Positions 26,006 through 37,260 of a stretch of DNA of 64,000 nt are shown in pieces; the stretch's first letter is position 1, and every line of letters starts with the position of its first letter. The notes under the pieces were generated by a model. That model made no database searches and had not been told where the DNA came from. It saw only the letters and a list, made by a program, of their open reading frames with translations. Origin of the DNA: Takakia lepidozioides (Eukaryota; Plantae; Bryophyta); the NCBI GenBank assembly GCA_030704615.1, contig CM060734.1, positions 39,804,001-39,868,000 of the forward strand, read 5' to 3'. A program made the position numbers and the translations under genes.

Positions 26006-27262
26006 ATGTGGGTCCAGATTCATCCAAGAGGTCCAGATTTCAAGCACAAGATTACCTATAATTCCCTGTGGATCAACAGCTACAAGAAGCCTGCATGGGT
26101 ACATGGTCAACTAAAGGCAACAGCTGCAGCGGCACAGCTGATAAAATCAGGCACCTCAACCATTACCACAGCTTCTAGTAGAGGATCAAGAGAGGGAGTC
26201 CACAATACCTCTTCTGGCACTTCTGGGCATGTGAAGATGCTTTGTGAGGCAGGCAGACTGAAAGAGGCTCTACAGACTTTAAACCAAGGAGGCATTTCAG
26301 CAGATTCAGATACGTCTGTCTGTCTCTTGCATAAGTGCATCAAGATGAAAGGCCTGGAAGCTGGAAAGCAGGTGCACACTCACATTATCCAAAGTGGATT
26401 CACGCCAAACGTTTTTCTACTCAACACCCTTGTCAACATGTATGTTAAGTGCGGGAGCATCATGGATGCTCACCAAGTGTTCAACAAAATGCCTCAACCA
26501 TCTTTGATCACGTGGAATATAATGTTGGCAGGATTTACCAAGCATGGGATGCTTGAGCAAATGATGCGCGAAGGGGTGAAGCTCCAACCACATCACGTTT
26601 GTTTGTGTTTGCAATGCATGTGCAAGCCTGGGAGCCCTGGAAAGGGGAAAGGGGTCCATGGTGACATCGTCAAAGCTGGAATTGTACCAGATGTCATTCT
26701 GAATCTGCCCTCATGGACATGTATGCCACATGTGGGTGCATTAAGGATGCAAAGGCAGTCTTCAACAATATGGCTGAACAAAATGTGGTGTCGTGGAACG
26801 CGATGATTGCAGGGTATGCACAGCAGGGACGCAGGGTGGAAGCTTTGGAGACCTATGAGCAAATGATGGGGGAAGGGGTGAAGCCCAACCACATCATGTT
26901 TGTGTGTGTTTGCAATGCATGTGCAAGCCTGGCAGCTCTAGAAAAGGGCAAAGAGGTCCATGGCAACATCGTCAGAGCTGGAATTGTACCCAATGTCATT
27001 CTGAACAATGCCCTCGTGGACCAGGGGTGATGCCCGACAGGGTCACGTTTACATGTGTGCTCAATGCGTGTTGTAGGCTAGGGGCCCTGGAAAAGGGCGA
27101 AGAGGCCCATGCTCACATCATCAAAGCTGGATTTTTGGACTGATATCTTTCTGGAGACTGCCTTTGTCGAAAGGTATGCCAAATGTGGGAGCATGAAGGA
27201 TGCACTGAAAGTATTTGACAAAATGGCTGAACGGGATGTGGTTTCCTGGAGTGTCATGATAG
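26006..27262 (+). pseudogene. PLS-class PPR gene fragment (frameshifted)
   Basis: Targeting-peptide-like N-terminus, then LCEAGRLKEAL, GKQVHTHIIQSG, NTLVNMYVKCGS, VVSWNAMIAGYAQQG; several frameshifts and deletions. Confidence 0.9.
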
Positions 27263-28249
27263 TTTGTTCAGCATCTTAAATTTAGACATGTTTGTTTGTT
27301 TCTCGTGGTGTGGCTTTGGATGGAGCCCTTGACGAACTTGCATTGTCAAAAGCTAAGCCTTAACCCACCAAGATCCTGGATGCTGGAAAGTTCATATAGT
27401 GAATGTAAGGGTATTTGGGTATGTTGTTATTGGTTGATGCGGCTTGTGAAAATTGAACATTGAAATGCAGATCCGCCATTTTTCTCCCAGGAAAAAACAA
27501 AACACGGGATCTCTGCATGTAACACAGTGGGGATGACCCACCCCTTTTTTGTGAAAAATTGAACGTAGTTCTCAGAATTCGTCGCTAGTAGTGCGGAGCA
27601 ACGCGAAGCCCTAGTAGATTATTCTAGCGACGACCGAAGGTCGAGAGCTAGTTTAGCGTAGAGCAGGAATAGGGTGCCATAGTGCCACATCATCGTCGCC
27701 ACGTGTCGTCGCCACGTTTCGTACGTCGTCAATTTCTTTCTATCTGCCCGGATTGCCCTAAAAAGCCGAAAATAACTTCTTGAACGGTACTTCGTCGAGA
27801 CTGACCCTTTTCCTCCTTGCTTCTGTTTGATGTTCAAAGGAGAGAGAGAGCGCGAGCGTAATGGCTACATAGGTTGATAAGGCCTGGTATTTAGAACAGG
27901 TTTAGATAGGTTTGGCAGAGCTCGACTGTGCGGAGGGCATTTCTTCAAACGGCGCATCCAGGAGAGCGTTCTCCAGTGAGAACTCCAGGGAAAAAGGTGA
28001 GCATATTTATCCTCCACAATGGTGGGACAACCTACATATCAAGGTTTAGAGGGTTTACCCCTAGGACGCCTCTCTTTCTTCTTACATGATGTGAAAAAGG
28101 TTTTCTGTTTTGCAAAAGTGGCTGTCCCTGTCTGTATCATAGGTTGTTGTTCCTAAACAGGCCATGAAATTGCATTGCGCAAGGGTTTTTCTTGGTGTTT
28201 ACAAGGTACTTGGGAGGGTCTTCTTGGTTTTGGGAGGCCGTCTTATTGA

Positions 28250-29535
28250 TAGCTACAAAAAACCTGCATGAGTAGATGGTCAACTGCAAGCAGCAGCAGG
28301 GGCACAATTGATAAAATCAGGCACTCTCACAATGACCACAGCCTCCAAAAGAGGACCAAGAGAGGGAGTCCACAGGACCTCTTCTGAAAATTCCGGGTAT
28401 ATGAGGACACTATGTGAGGCAGGGAAACTGAAAGAGGCTCTTCAAATTTTGAACCAAGGAAGCATTTCAGCAGGTACAGATACTTATGTCTGTCTCTTGC
28501 ATGCGTGCGTCAAGATGAAAGGCCTGGAAATGGGAAAGCAGGTGCACTCTCACATTACCCAAAGTGGATTCAAACCAAATGTTTTTCTACAGAACACCCT
28601 TGTGAACATGTATGTTTAATGCGGGAGCATACAACACCATCAGAGGTGCAAAGGGAGAGTTTGACAATATGGCTGAACGAGATGTAGTGTCCTGGAGTTC
28701 GATGATTGCAGGATATGTGCAGCATGGGTGTGGCATGGAGGCTTTGGAGACCTATGAGCAAATGATGCAGGAAGGAGTGAAGCCCAATCGGATCACATTT
28801 GTGTGTGTCTGCAATGCGTGTGTGGGCCTGGCAGCCCTGGAAAAGGGCAAAGAGGTCCATGGTGATGTAATCAAAGCTGGAGTTGTACCAGATGTCATTC
28901 TGAACACTTCCCTCGTGGACATGTATGCCAAATGTGGCAGCATCGGAGATGCAAAGGGAGTGTTCGAGAATATGGCTGAACGGGATGTAGTGTCTTGGAA
29001 TATAATGATTGCAGGATATGCCCAGCATGGATATGAGCTGGAGGCTTTGGAGACCTATGAGCAAATGATGCAGGAAGGGGTGAAGCCCAACCGGGTCACA
29101 TTCACTTGCATTTGCAATGCATGCGCGAGCCTGTCAGCCCTGGAAAAAGGCAAAGAGGTCCATGAAGACATCATCAAAGCTGGAATCGTACCAGATCTGA
29201 TTCTGAACAATACCCTTGTGGACATGTATGCCAAATGCAGCACCATCAGAGGTGCAAAGGGAGAGTTTGACAATATGGCTGAACGAGATGTAGTGTCCTG
29301 GAGTTCGATGATTGCAGGATATGTGCAGCATGGGTGTGGGATGGAGGCTTTGGAGACTTATGAGCAAATGATGCAGGAAGGTGTGAAGCCCAACCGGGTC
29401 ACATTTGTTTGTGTTTGCAATGCTTGTGTGGGCCTGGCAGCCCTGGAAAAGGGTAGGAAGGTCCATGGTGACATCATCAAAGCTGGGATTGTACCAGCTG
29501 TCATTCTGAACAATACCCTCCTGGACATGTATGCC
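28250..29535 (+). pseudogene. PLS-class PPR gene, 5' part
   Basis: ORFs 28308-28619 and 28612-29544 contain 101-aa P-L-S triplets; near-identical segments 606 nt apart (28638 vs 29244); interrupted by a LINE. Confidence 0.92.
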
Positions 29536-32500
29536 TCAGGGTGATCCCTGGGAATTGGTTACTTATGCCAAATCTAGGGCTTCATGTGTAGTTTTTGGGG
29601 TGAATCCCAGGATGGACGATGTGTCCTTTAAAACTACATGCTCTAGCTTAGGCTTGGATTTCATGGCTAATGGTACCATCTCGGTACGTTGAAGGTTGCA
29701 ATGACCAAAAGTGCTTCTAATAGAGTCCCGCATCAATTCAATCTCAAAGAAGTTCGTCCCTTGACTGGCTGGAGAGCGGTCTTAGACATTGGTGATTCAA
29801 ACGGGCGCTCTAGGAAGACAACCAAGGGCAACAACTTCAACTTGAGAGTTTCTAATCAGTTTGATGCTCTGGATGAGGTTGAATCCAAATAGCCAGAAAG
29901 ACAAGATGCCCCTAAGTGTACGGAACCTGAACGTCCTGAATCTGAAGGATTTGGTACTCTGAATGGCTTACCAATCCTCAAGGTTTACACAAGACGAACA
30001 AATTCTATGCACGGGGTAATTGTCCCCAAGCCGTCAGATGGACAGTCTGTCCCTAAGTGTGCAGAGCCTGAACGTCGTGTAACTGAAGGATTTGGTACCC
30101 TGAATGGTTTACCAATCCTCAAAGTCTACACAAGATGAGCAAAATCTATACACAGGGTAATTGTCCCCAAGCAGTCTGACGGACAATCTGCCCCTATGTG
30201 TGCGGAGCCTGTGCGTCGTGTAACTGAAAGATTTGGTACCCTGAATGGTTTACCAATTCTCAAAGTTTACACAAGACGAGCAAAATCTACACATGGGGTA
30301 ACTGTCCCCCCTTTGCAGAATGGTTGGCCGTCCAGGAGCAATCACAAGCTACCTAGACGACAAACAATTCACACGCAAAGGGCTGGCTTGCGGCTGGCCA
30401 CTTTCAACTTCTCAGGGTTGACCAACCAAAGGAAACAACTTGAAGTGGGACAAGTTCTTCGGACTAATGATATTCATATCTGTGTTGGGCAAGAAACATG
30501 GGAAACGTTGGATAAACTGGTTGGAGATGTCATTGGTTATAAATGGGCAGGTAAGATGTGTACTCTCAAGGCAGCCTCTGCCAAATGCGGTAAAAAAGGG
30601 GTCGGATTCTTTGTCCGTGATTTCTTGTTTGACAATTGTGAAATTATCAACAAGGGTTTGAGGTACGAGCATAGTATCTGGCTAAAACTGAATTTGAAGG
30701 GCGGCATGAGTACAAAGGACCTCTTTGTTGGTTGTGTTTACATGCCCACAGAGGGGACCCTTAGTGCTGACGCAGACAAGGCCTTCGAAGATGTAAAGCT
30801 GGACTGTGCTTCGTTCCTTGCCAAAGGTCAGGTGGTACTATTGGGGGACTCTATGCCTGGGTGGGCAAAGGGATCCATCAGGACGATATCATTGGACCTT
30901 TTGGTGAGGACGAGCTGAATTCTAATGGCAGACGGTTAATTAACTGTCTAGAAGAGCTTCAGCTTTTGACCTTGAATAACAGGACAAGTGGTGACCAAGT
31001 GCAGTGGACTCGTGAGAAATCCCAAACTGGGGAACATTCCATTGTGGACTATATCATAATGGACAAAATTTTGTTCCCCCAGTGTGCCAATGTGTTGATC
31101 GACAGAACTGATATTGGTACCTCTGACCACTTCCTGGTTTGGACTGAGATCAAAAGGTGTTTTCCCACCACCAAGAGATCTGTGAAACGTTCGATTCGGA
31201 AGTGGCGCATAGAAGAATTCCACAATGAGGAGGTCAAGGCTGAGTACGTCCAGGCCTTGCAAGAGGCTCTCCCTCATTTTGTCCAATCGCTCCAAGAACT
31301 TCAGTCACGCTCTGTTAACGCAAGAAATGAAGTCAAAAGAGCAGTGGACTCTTGGGAGAGTTTCGTTTCCTCCGTGGCTGACAAGATCATTGGGAGGAAA
31401 CTAATTGTCTGCGGTAGAGCAGTTAATTGGTGGACCAATGAGATTAAACTCAAGATAGCTGAGAGACGAGCCCTCTATAAAGAGTGCTGCAACTTGTATG
31501 CTCACACCAAAAGCTGTGTCACTGTTAACGGACAGAAGTCCAACTTCTTTGACATAGACCAAGGTGTAGCTCAAGGATGTACTCTGTCCCCTCTGCTCTT
31601 CAATGTTTTCATCAATCAACTCCTCGAGGATGTGGAAAGTGAGGGATTTGGGTTAAGGGTGGGTGATACCACCATACCAGTTCTTATGTTTGCGGATGAC
31701 TTCGCAGGCATAGGGGAAACTCCAACCAATCTCCAGGAGTTGATTGATTGCGCAAAGAGATACTTTGATCTTTGGGGGCTAGAGGCTAATGTCAGCAAAT
31801 GTGCAGTGGTAGCATTCAACGACAGAGGAGAGGGAGGAAGTGATCTTAAGTGGCAGTGGGGTAGTCAAGAGATCCCGGTCCTCCCTTCCTACACTTATCT
31901 GCTCGTTGAGTTCTCCTCCAATTGTAATTGGGATGCACATATCCGGAAAGTTGTTCAAACTGGCAAGGGCAAAGCTCTGGGGCTCACTAAATTTTTCCAC
32001 TGCAGAGGGGTCGACTCTGAGGTTAAGAAAACCATGCTTTGTCGCGTTATTAGACCTGCCTTGGAGTACGGATCTGCTATATGGGTTGATAACTCCAACC
32101 AGGCTAAGTCTCTAGAATCCATTCAAGTGGGGGTGCTTAAGGAGTGTATGTCAGCATGCTCCAAAACAGCCAATGTGGCTGTTCGGGGTGAGTTTGGCAT
32201 TCCGTCCTTAAGCTCCCGACGAGATGAATTCAAGGTCAGATGGTGGGGTCAGCTGCAACATATGCCCAACACCAGATATCCTAAGTTAATCGACTCTATA
32301 TCTTGGAAACAGGACCGCCCTGTCAAACAGGCTAAGTCCTGGCAGAAGAGAGTAGAAGAGATCCTCAAGGACTTGGACCTGGATCCGCAAGTCTTGACCC
32401 TGCTGGATAAATCTGACTTAGAGGCTGTAGTGTCCTCAGCCATGTCTGTTGCCATGAGATTGTCTGATGAAAATGAAGTTAGGCAGAAAACTTCCCTGAA

Positions 32501-32751
32501 CTTGTTTCCAGTCTGTGACATGGGGGAGGACATCTTGGATGACCTCAAGGGTCTACCCACTCTCGGCATTAGACTGAAATTTAAACTCAGGGCAGGAAGC
32601 CTACCTTTGAACAGCAAACTGAAGCAGAGAGGAAAGGGAGAGTGCAATTGCCCGTTGTGTGGGCAATCTGAAGATAGTATTCATTTTCTGATACACTGTC
32701 CGGGGTTCTCTTACCAAAGAGACGCTCTCTTCAAATTTATTAAGGGAATTG
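29536..32751 (+). mobile_element. RTE-X-like LINE (APE endonuclease + RT + CCHC), internally deleted and 3'-truncated
   Basis: RLATFN, CVGQETW, LLGD, IVDYI, SDH (APE); QGCTLSPLLFNVFI, FADD, RPALEYGSAIW (RT); CPLC...HFLIHC. The N-terminal part of RT is missing at KECC|NLY. Clade assignment is tentative. Confidence 0.9.
29910..30310 (+). repeat. 141-bp (47-aa) tandem repeat, about 2.8 copies, in frame with the LINE endonuclease
   Basis: Units start at 29910, 30051 and 30192; each encodes FGTLNGLPILKVYTR. Confidence 0.9.
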
Positions 32752-34415
32752 CATCGTCAAAGCTGGAATTGTACCAGATGTCATCCTGAACACTGCCTTG
32801 GTGGACATGTATGCGATGTGGGTGCATCGAGGATGCAAATGGAGTATGGCTGAACGTGATGTGGTGTCGTGGAGTGTGATTGCAAGATATGCACAGCAAG
32901 GGTGCGGGATGGAGGCTTTGGAGACCTATGAGCAAATGATGTGCGAAGGGGTGAAAACCAACAACATCACGTTTGTTTGTGTTTGCAATGCGTGTGAAAG
33001 CCTGGGAGCTCTGGAAAAGGGGAAAAAGGTCCATGGTGACATCGTCAAAGCTTGAATTGTTCCAGATGTCATCCTGAACACTGCCCTGGTGGACATGTAT
33101 GCCAAATGTGGGTGCATTAAGGATGCGAATGGAGTTAATTTCAGCATTATGGCTGAACGAGATGTGGTGTCGTGGAACGCGATGCTTGCAGGGGTATGCA
33201 CAGCAGGGGCGCGGGATGGAGGCTTTGGAGCTCTATTCCAGAGTTTATTGAGCCTGTCACAGGCTGTCATTGTCAGCTGCTAGCAGCAAGGCAAGGATGT
33301 ATGCATGATTTGTGCAGAGCCATGGATAGTTGAAGGAGCAGGGATAGAGTGTGGGTCTAGATTCATCCAAGGGGACCGGACTTCAAGCTCCAGATTACCT
33401 ATGATTCTCTGTGGATCAATAGCTACAAGTAACCTGCATGGGTAGATGGTCAACTAAAGGCACGTATGTTTGCATTTGCAGTGCGTGTGCTAGCCTGGCA
33501 GCCCTGGAAAAGGGGAAAGAGGCCCATGGTGACATCGTCAAATCTAGAATTGTACCAGATGTCATTCTGAACACTGCCCAACGCGATGCTTGCAGGGTAT
33601 GCACAGTAGCGGCGCGGGTTGGAGGCTTTGGAGACCTATGAGCAAATGATGTGCAAAGGGGTGAGGGCAACCACATCACGTTTGTTTGTGATTCCAATGC
33701 TTGTGCAAGCCTGGCAGCCCTGGAAAAGGGCAAGAGGTGCGTGGTTGTATCGCAAAAGCTGGAATTGTACCAGATGTGATTCTGTACGATATCCTCGTGG
33801 GCATGTATGCCAAATTTGGGTGCATTGAGGATGCAAACCAAAGGAACTTATGTGTATTCTGCGAAGGGGTGAAGCCCAACCACATCACCGTAATTTGTAT
33901 GTGCAAGCTTGGGAGCCCTGGAAAAGGGGAAAGAGGTCCATGGTGACATCGTCAAAGCTGGAATTGTACCCAATGTTATTCTTAACAATGCCCTCGTGGA
34001 CATGTATGCCAAATGTGGGAGCATCAAGGATGCGAAGGCAGTGTTCCACTATAATGCTGAATGAAATGTGATGTCGTGGAACGCGTTGCTTGCAGGGTAG
34101 GACGTGGGATGGAGGTTTCGGAGACCTATGAGCAAATTATGGGGGAAGGGGTGAAGCCTCGCCACATCATGTTTGTGTGCATTTGCAATGCTTGTGCAAA
34201 TCCTGGCAGCCTTGGAAATGAGTGAAGGGGTGCATGGTTGCATCGCAAAAGCAGGAGTTGGTGAGAAGAATGATGAAGGTCAGAAGGGTTAGAAAGGAGG
34301 TAGGTCACTGCTGCATTGAGATTTGCAACAAAAGTGCACACCTTCGCTGTAGATGGCATCCCAGAATTAAGGAAATCCATGCTGAGCTGAGAAGATTGTC
34401 TGGGCAGATGAAGTG
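32752..34415 (+). pseudogene. PLS-PPR fragments ending in an E/E+ domain, no DYW seen
   Basis: Scrambled PLS repeats, a re-entered N-terminal segment (about 33260-33455), then VRRMMKVRRVRKEVGHCCIEI...HPRIKEIHAELRRLSGQMK. Confidence 0.85.
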
Positions 34416-36138
34416 CCTTCAAAACATTTCACCCTGTTTTCCCCTCTTATTGAAATCTGCAAGTTACTGGTTGAGTGAATGAATTATGCTTGTTTCCTGT
34501 TCTAGATGTGGAGTTAATAGGCTTAAAGGCCACATTATTTTGGGTTTTATTCCTATCTTGATATGCTATAAACCACACATATCACTTTAGGTTCTGACAG
34601 CACTGGATGAACACTTAGCTCCCTTGTAGCTGTGACTGGGTAGCTGCTGCTTGTCAAAAGGACGACTGTCATGTGAGATAAGAACCAAAATTGGTGCTTC
34701 CACTTCCACTTTGAAAGCACTTCTTGGCTACAAATGTATGATCCTTAGCTTAAAAATTGTAGTGGGACATTTGCATCAGCAGGTCTCAGCAATATCCAAC
34801 AAGAGACTGGTCTAAGTGTGGGTTTAGGATCTTGATTGTTCACCAAAAGCTGTAACCAAGTTAGGGTGCATTGGTGGGGTGACTATGGATGCAGAGACAG
34901 ATGTGAAACCCAACAAGACCTGTTCTCTGCCAGGGCATGCTACTGCTTGATTTGTTATCAATCGGCCTCAAACTCCACTTTGCAAACCTCTCGTCTCTTT
35001 AAACGCGATTTGTCCCTCTTATCTACGTCCTCTCAGAAGCTTCAAAGAGAACCTGAGAACCTGAGAACCTTGGAGCTTTCTGAAGCTACCTTCCTGCTTC
35101 CCAGTTCATAGAAAGAAAATTACTGCAAATTTGTTTCTATCCTTGGCAGGTCAGTTTTCTAGTTACTTGGTGTGCTTTATTTGGGAGTTTGGTCGACCCT
35201 GCTTTTGGAAGAACATAGAGTTTGCCAAAGGAGACAAAAAATTTCTGTCCTCCCAGATCTGCGGCATGAAGTCCATGAAAGGTCCTCAACTTCCACATTA
35301 AGAGGAAGTAGAAGCTTTCAACTGAACAAGGCCCATAGCAGATTTCCCCTCATGTATGTGGAACAATTTGCTTCAAAATGCTGGATTTGATGGAACTTGG
35401 TGAGTTACAAAACTTAGTCAAGACTTGAGGCTACTCGATACTTCCGATTAGCTAGGTGGCGGATTTTGTGTCGAAGACAGTTTAAGATAACGGGTACCAT
35501 CACATTTAAGTTCAGCGAAGCTGAAGTTGGAACACTAACTAACTGTTGCAGACACTAATTGAAAAGTGCAAGTGGGCAGGGCCCTAAGCACTACTCCTCT
35601 CTAAGTTGTTCAATTCAACCTGCTGATCTAACTACTTTCGTGGTTCTCTCGCTCACAGTGTCGCTTGCCCTAATGCCACTGGACAGTAAGTCTCAAACCC
35701 TGCACTAGAAGTCTTGAATATATAATTGTTTGAAGTGATGTGACATGTGTAATTAAGATGGTCATTTCCCAAGGGCGATTGCAAAACAAGCCAGTTGTGA
35801 GATCCAGTCTTTGGGTAGCCAAAGAATTACCGAATTACACACAATACACAAGCAAGGAAATATAGCCATAAGGTTTAACAGTGACATCTTGTTGCAAGTG
35901 CAGGTGGAGCAGAAAAAAATATAACATATTGTTGCATCGCACTTTGCACCTAACTTCCCAACAAAGCGGTGTAGCATCAACCTCGATCTGAGAGAGACAA
36001 CCCTAGTTCTATAGATTAACGCGATTAATTTTACAGTCGCACTCTTAGGGTTTAATTCTCCTCAAAAATCCACCGATATATACTTTCAGGTACCCCAGCC
36101 TCTCTATCTCTCTCTCTACACCATACATACAAACAACC

Positions 36139-36873
36139 ATGTCAACATCAGAAATAGCCGACACAATAGACACTGTAACAGACAAAGACATAACCCACCA
36201 AGACATGACAAACGTGATATACGACAGTTTCACGTCCAATGACCATCATGCCCTTAAGGTGGGGAACACGTGGAAGCGCCTGCCCAACAGTACAAACTTC
36301 CACAGCGCCTTGTGGAACGTCGCTTCGGACCGTGAAGAAATAGCAATCTTCGTAGGTATTGCAAAATTCCCCTACCTTGGCAAAACCGGGAATTACAGAT
36401 TCGTGACTTTCGCCGAAGAACTAAAAGACGCAAAATTCACAATATTGATAGAAGACAGCCATTTCCAGTTCGACTACGCAAATACAATAACGGAATGGTC
36501 CGATCATTGGAAGAGGAGAGGCGAGGACATGAGGTGGATGGGTGAAAACAACATGAGCTTCACGAAAAACCTCCTAAAAAACAACACAAACAACTCTGGA
36601 TCGACGTCCAATAACAACAAACGTCACAAAACAAACAATGACGGGATGTACAATACAATAGAAGTCCTTAACGAAAATGGCCAAAAAATGGATGGACAAT
36701 CCGTACGTTTAGGGGATCTCGTTGCAATCAAGTGTAACATCCGATATTGGATGAATTTCCGTCACAAGAAACACGGGCTTTCATTCCAATTAAAAGGGGT
36801 CAAACTGCTGGCCAAAGCACCGGAAGAGACAGAATCGAACGACGACAACTGGAGCAAAAGCATAGCTTGGTAG
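36139..36873 (+). CDS. Intact intronless 244-aa protein, putative T7 gp2.5/DUF2815-like ssDNA-binding protein
   Basis: FPYL...KFTILI and VLNENGQKMDGQSVRLGDLVAIKCNIRYW...GLSFQLKGVKLL, then an acidic tail ending in W. Upstream telo-box (36045), TATA-like tatata (about 36077) and CT tract; AATAAA at 36990. Confidence 0.65.
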   Translation: MSTSEIADTIDTVTDKDITHQDMTNVIYDSFTSNDHHALKVGNTWKRLPNSTNFHSALWNVASDREEIAIFVGIAKFPYLGKTGNYRFVTFAEELKDAKFTILIEDSHFQFDYANTITEWSDHWKRRGEDMRWMGENNMSFTKNLLKNNTNNSGSTSNNNKRHKTNNDGMYNTIEVLNENGQKMDGQSVRLGDLVAIKCNIRYWMNFRHKKHGLSFQLKGVKLLAKAPEETESNDDNWSKSIAW

Positions 36874-37196
36874 AGCTTAAATTAGACACTTCTAAACGTT
36901 CCATGTAAGGACCACCATATTTTATAAAGACCATCCTCCTTCTCCTTTTCAAAAAGTCTATATTTTTCCAATGCATGCTCACAACGGATAATAAAAAAAT
37001 ACTGATTTATCATAGTCCAAATCTACTTGTTGTACCAAGACGACCCATGGAAAACACCTCCAACTCTCTCTCAAGTTCCTCCAGTATGGCCCATCCGTCC
37101 AGGCGTCCTTCTCAGAATTCGTCGCTAGTAGTGCAGAGCAACGCAAAGCCCTAGTGAACTAATGTTGTCGATGTGGAGTAAATGTCTCAAGGACAA

Positions 37197-37260
37197 TGTA
37201 GCCTAGTGGTAATGGGCACATACCACGTTGGATGTGGTTGTGTGTTCAAACCACGGTCTG
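37197..37260 (+). mobile_element. tRNA-like SINE head
   Basis: gtagcctagtggtaatgggcac...gtgttcaaacc (A/B-box-like); homologous to the minus-strand copy at 43590-43652. Confidence 0.5.

Larger units (their letters stand above)
23801..27615 (+). mobile_element. Helentron/HLE2-like non-autonomous element A with captured gene fragments
   Basis: 5' tctagcgatgactgaaggtcggaagctagttt; 3' tcgtcgctagtagtgcggagcaacgcgaagccctagt. Subterminal inverted repeat, hairpins, no TSD; abuts the previous 3' end directly. Confidence 0.75.
27619..37155 (+). mobile_element. Helentron/HLE2-like element B carrying a PPR gene, a nested LINE and an SSB-like ORF
   Basis: 5' ttattctagcgacgaccgaaggtcgagagctagttt begins 3 nt after the end of element A; 3' ctcagaattcgtcgctagtagtgcagagcaacgcaaagccctagt at 37111-37155. 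Pairing these two ends as one element is an inference. Confidence 0.65.

Noticed and set aside
34415-34700. DYW deaminase domain after the PPR E+ region
   Set aside because: No HSE or CxxC motif seen; similarity stops at GQMK
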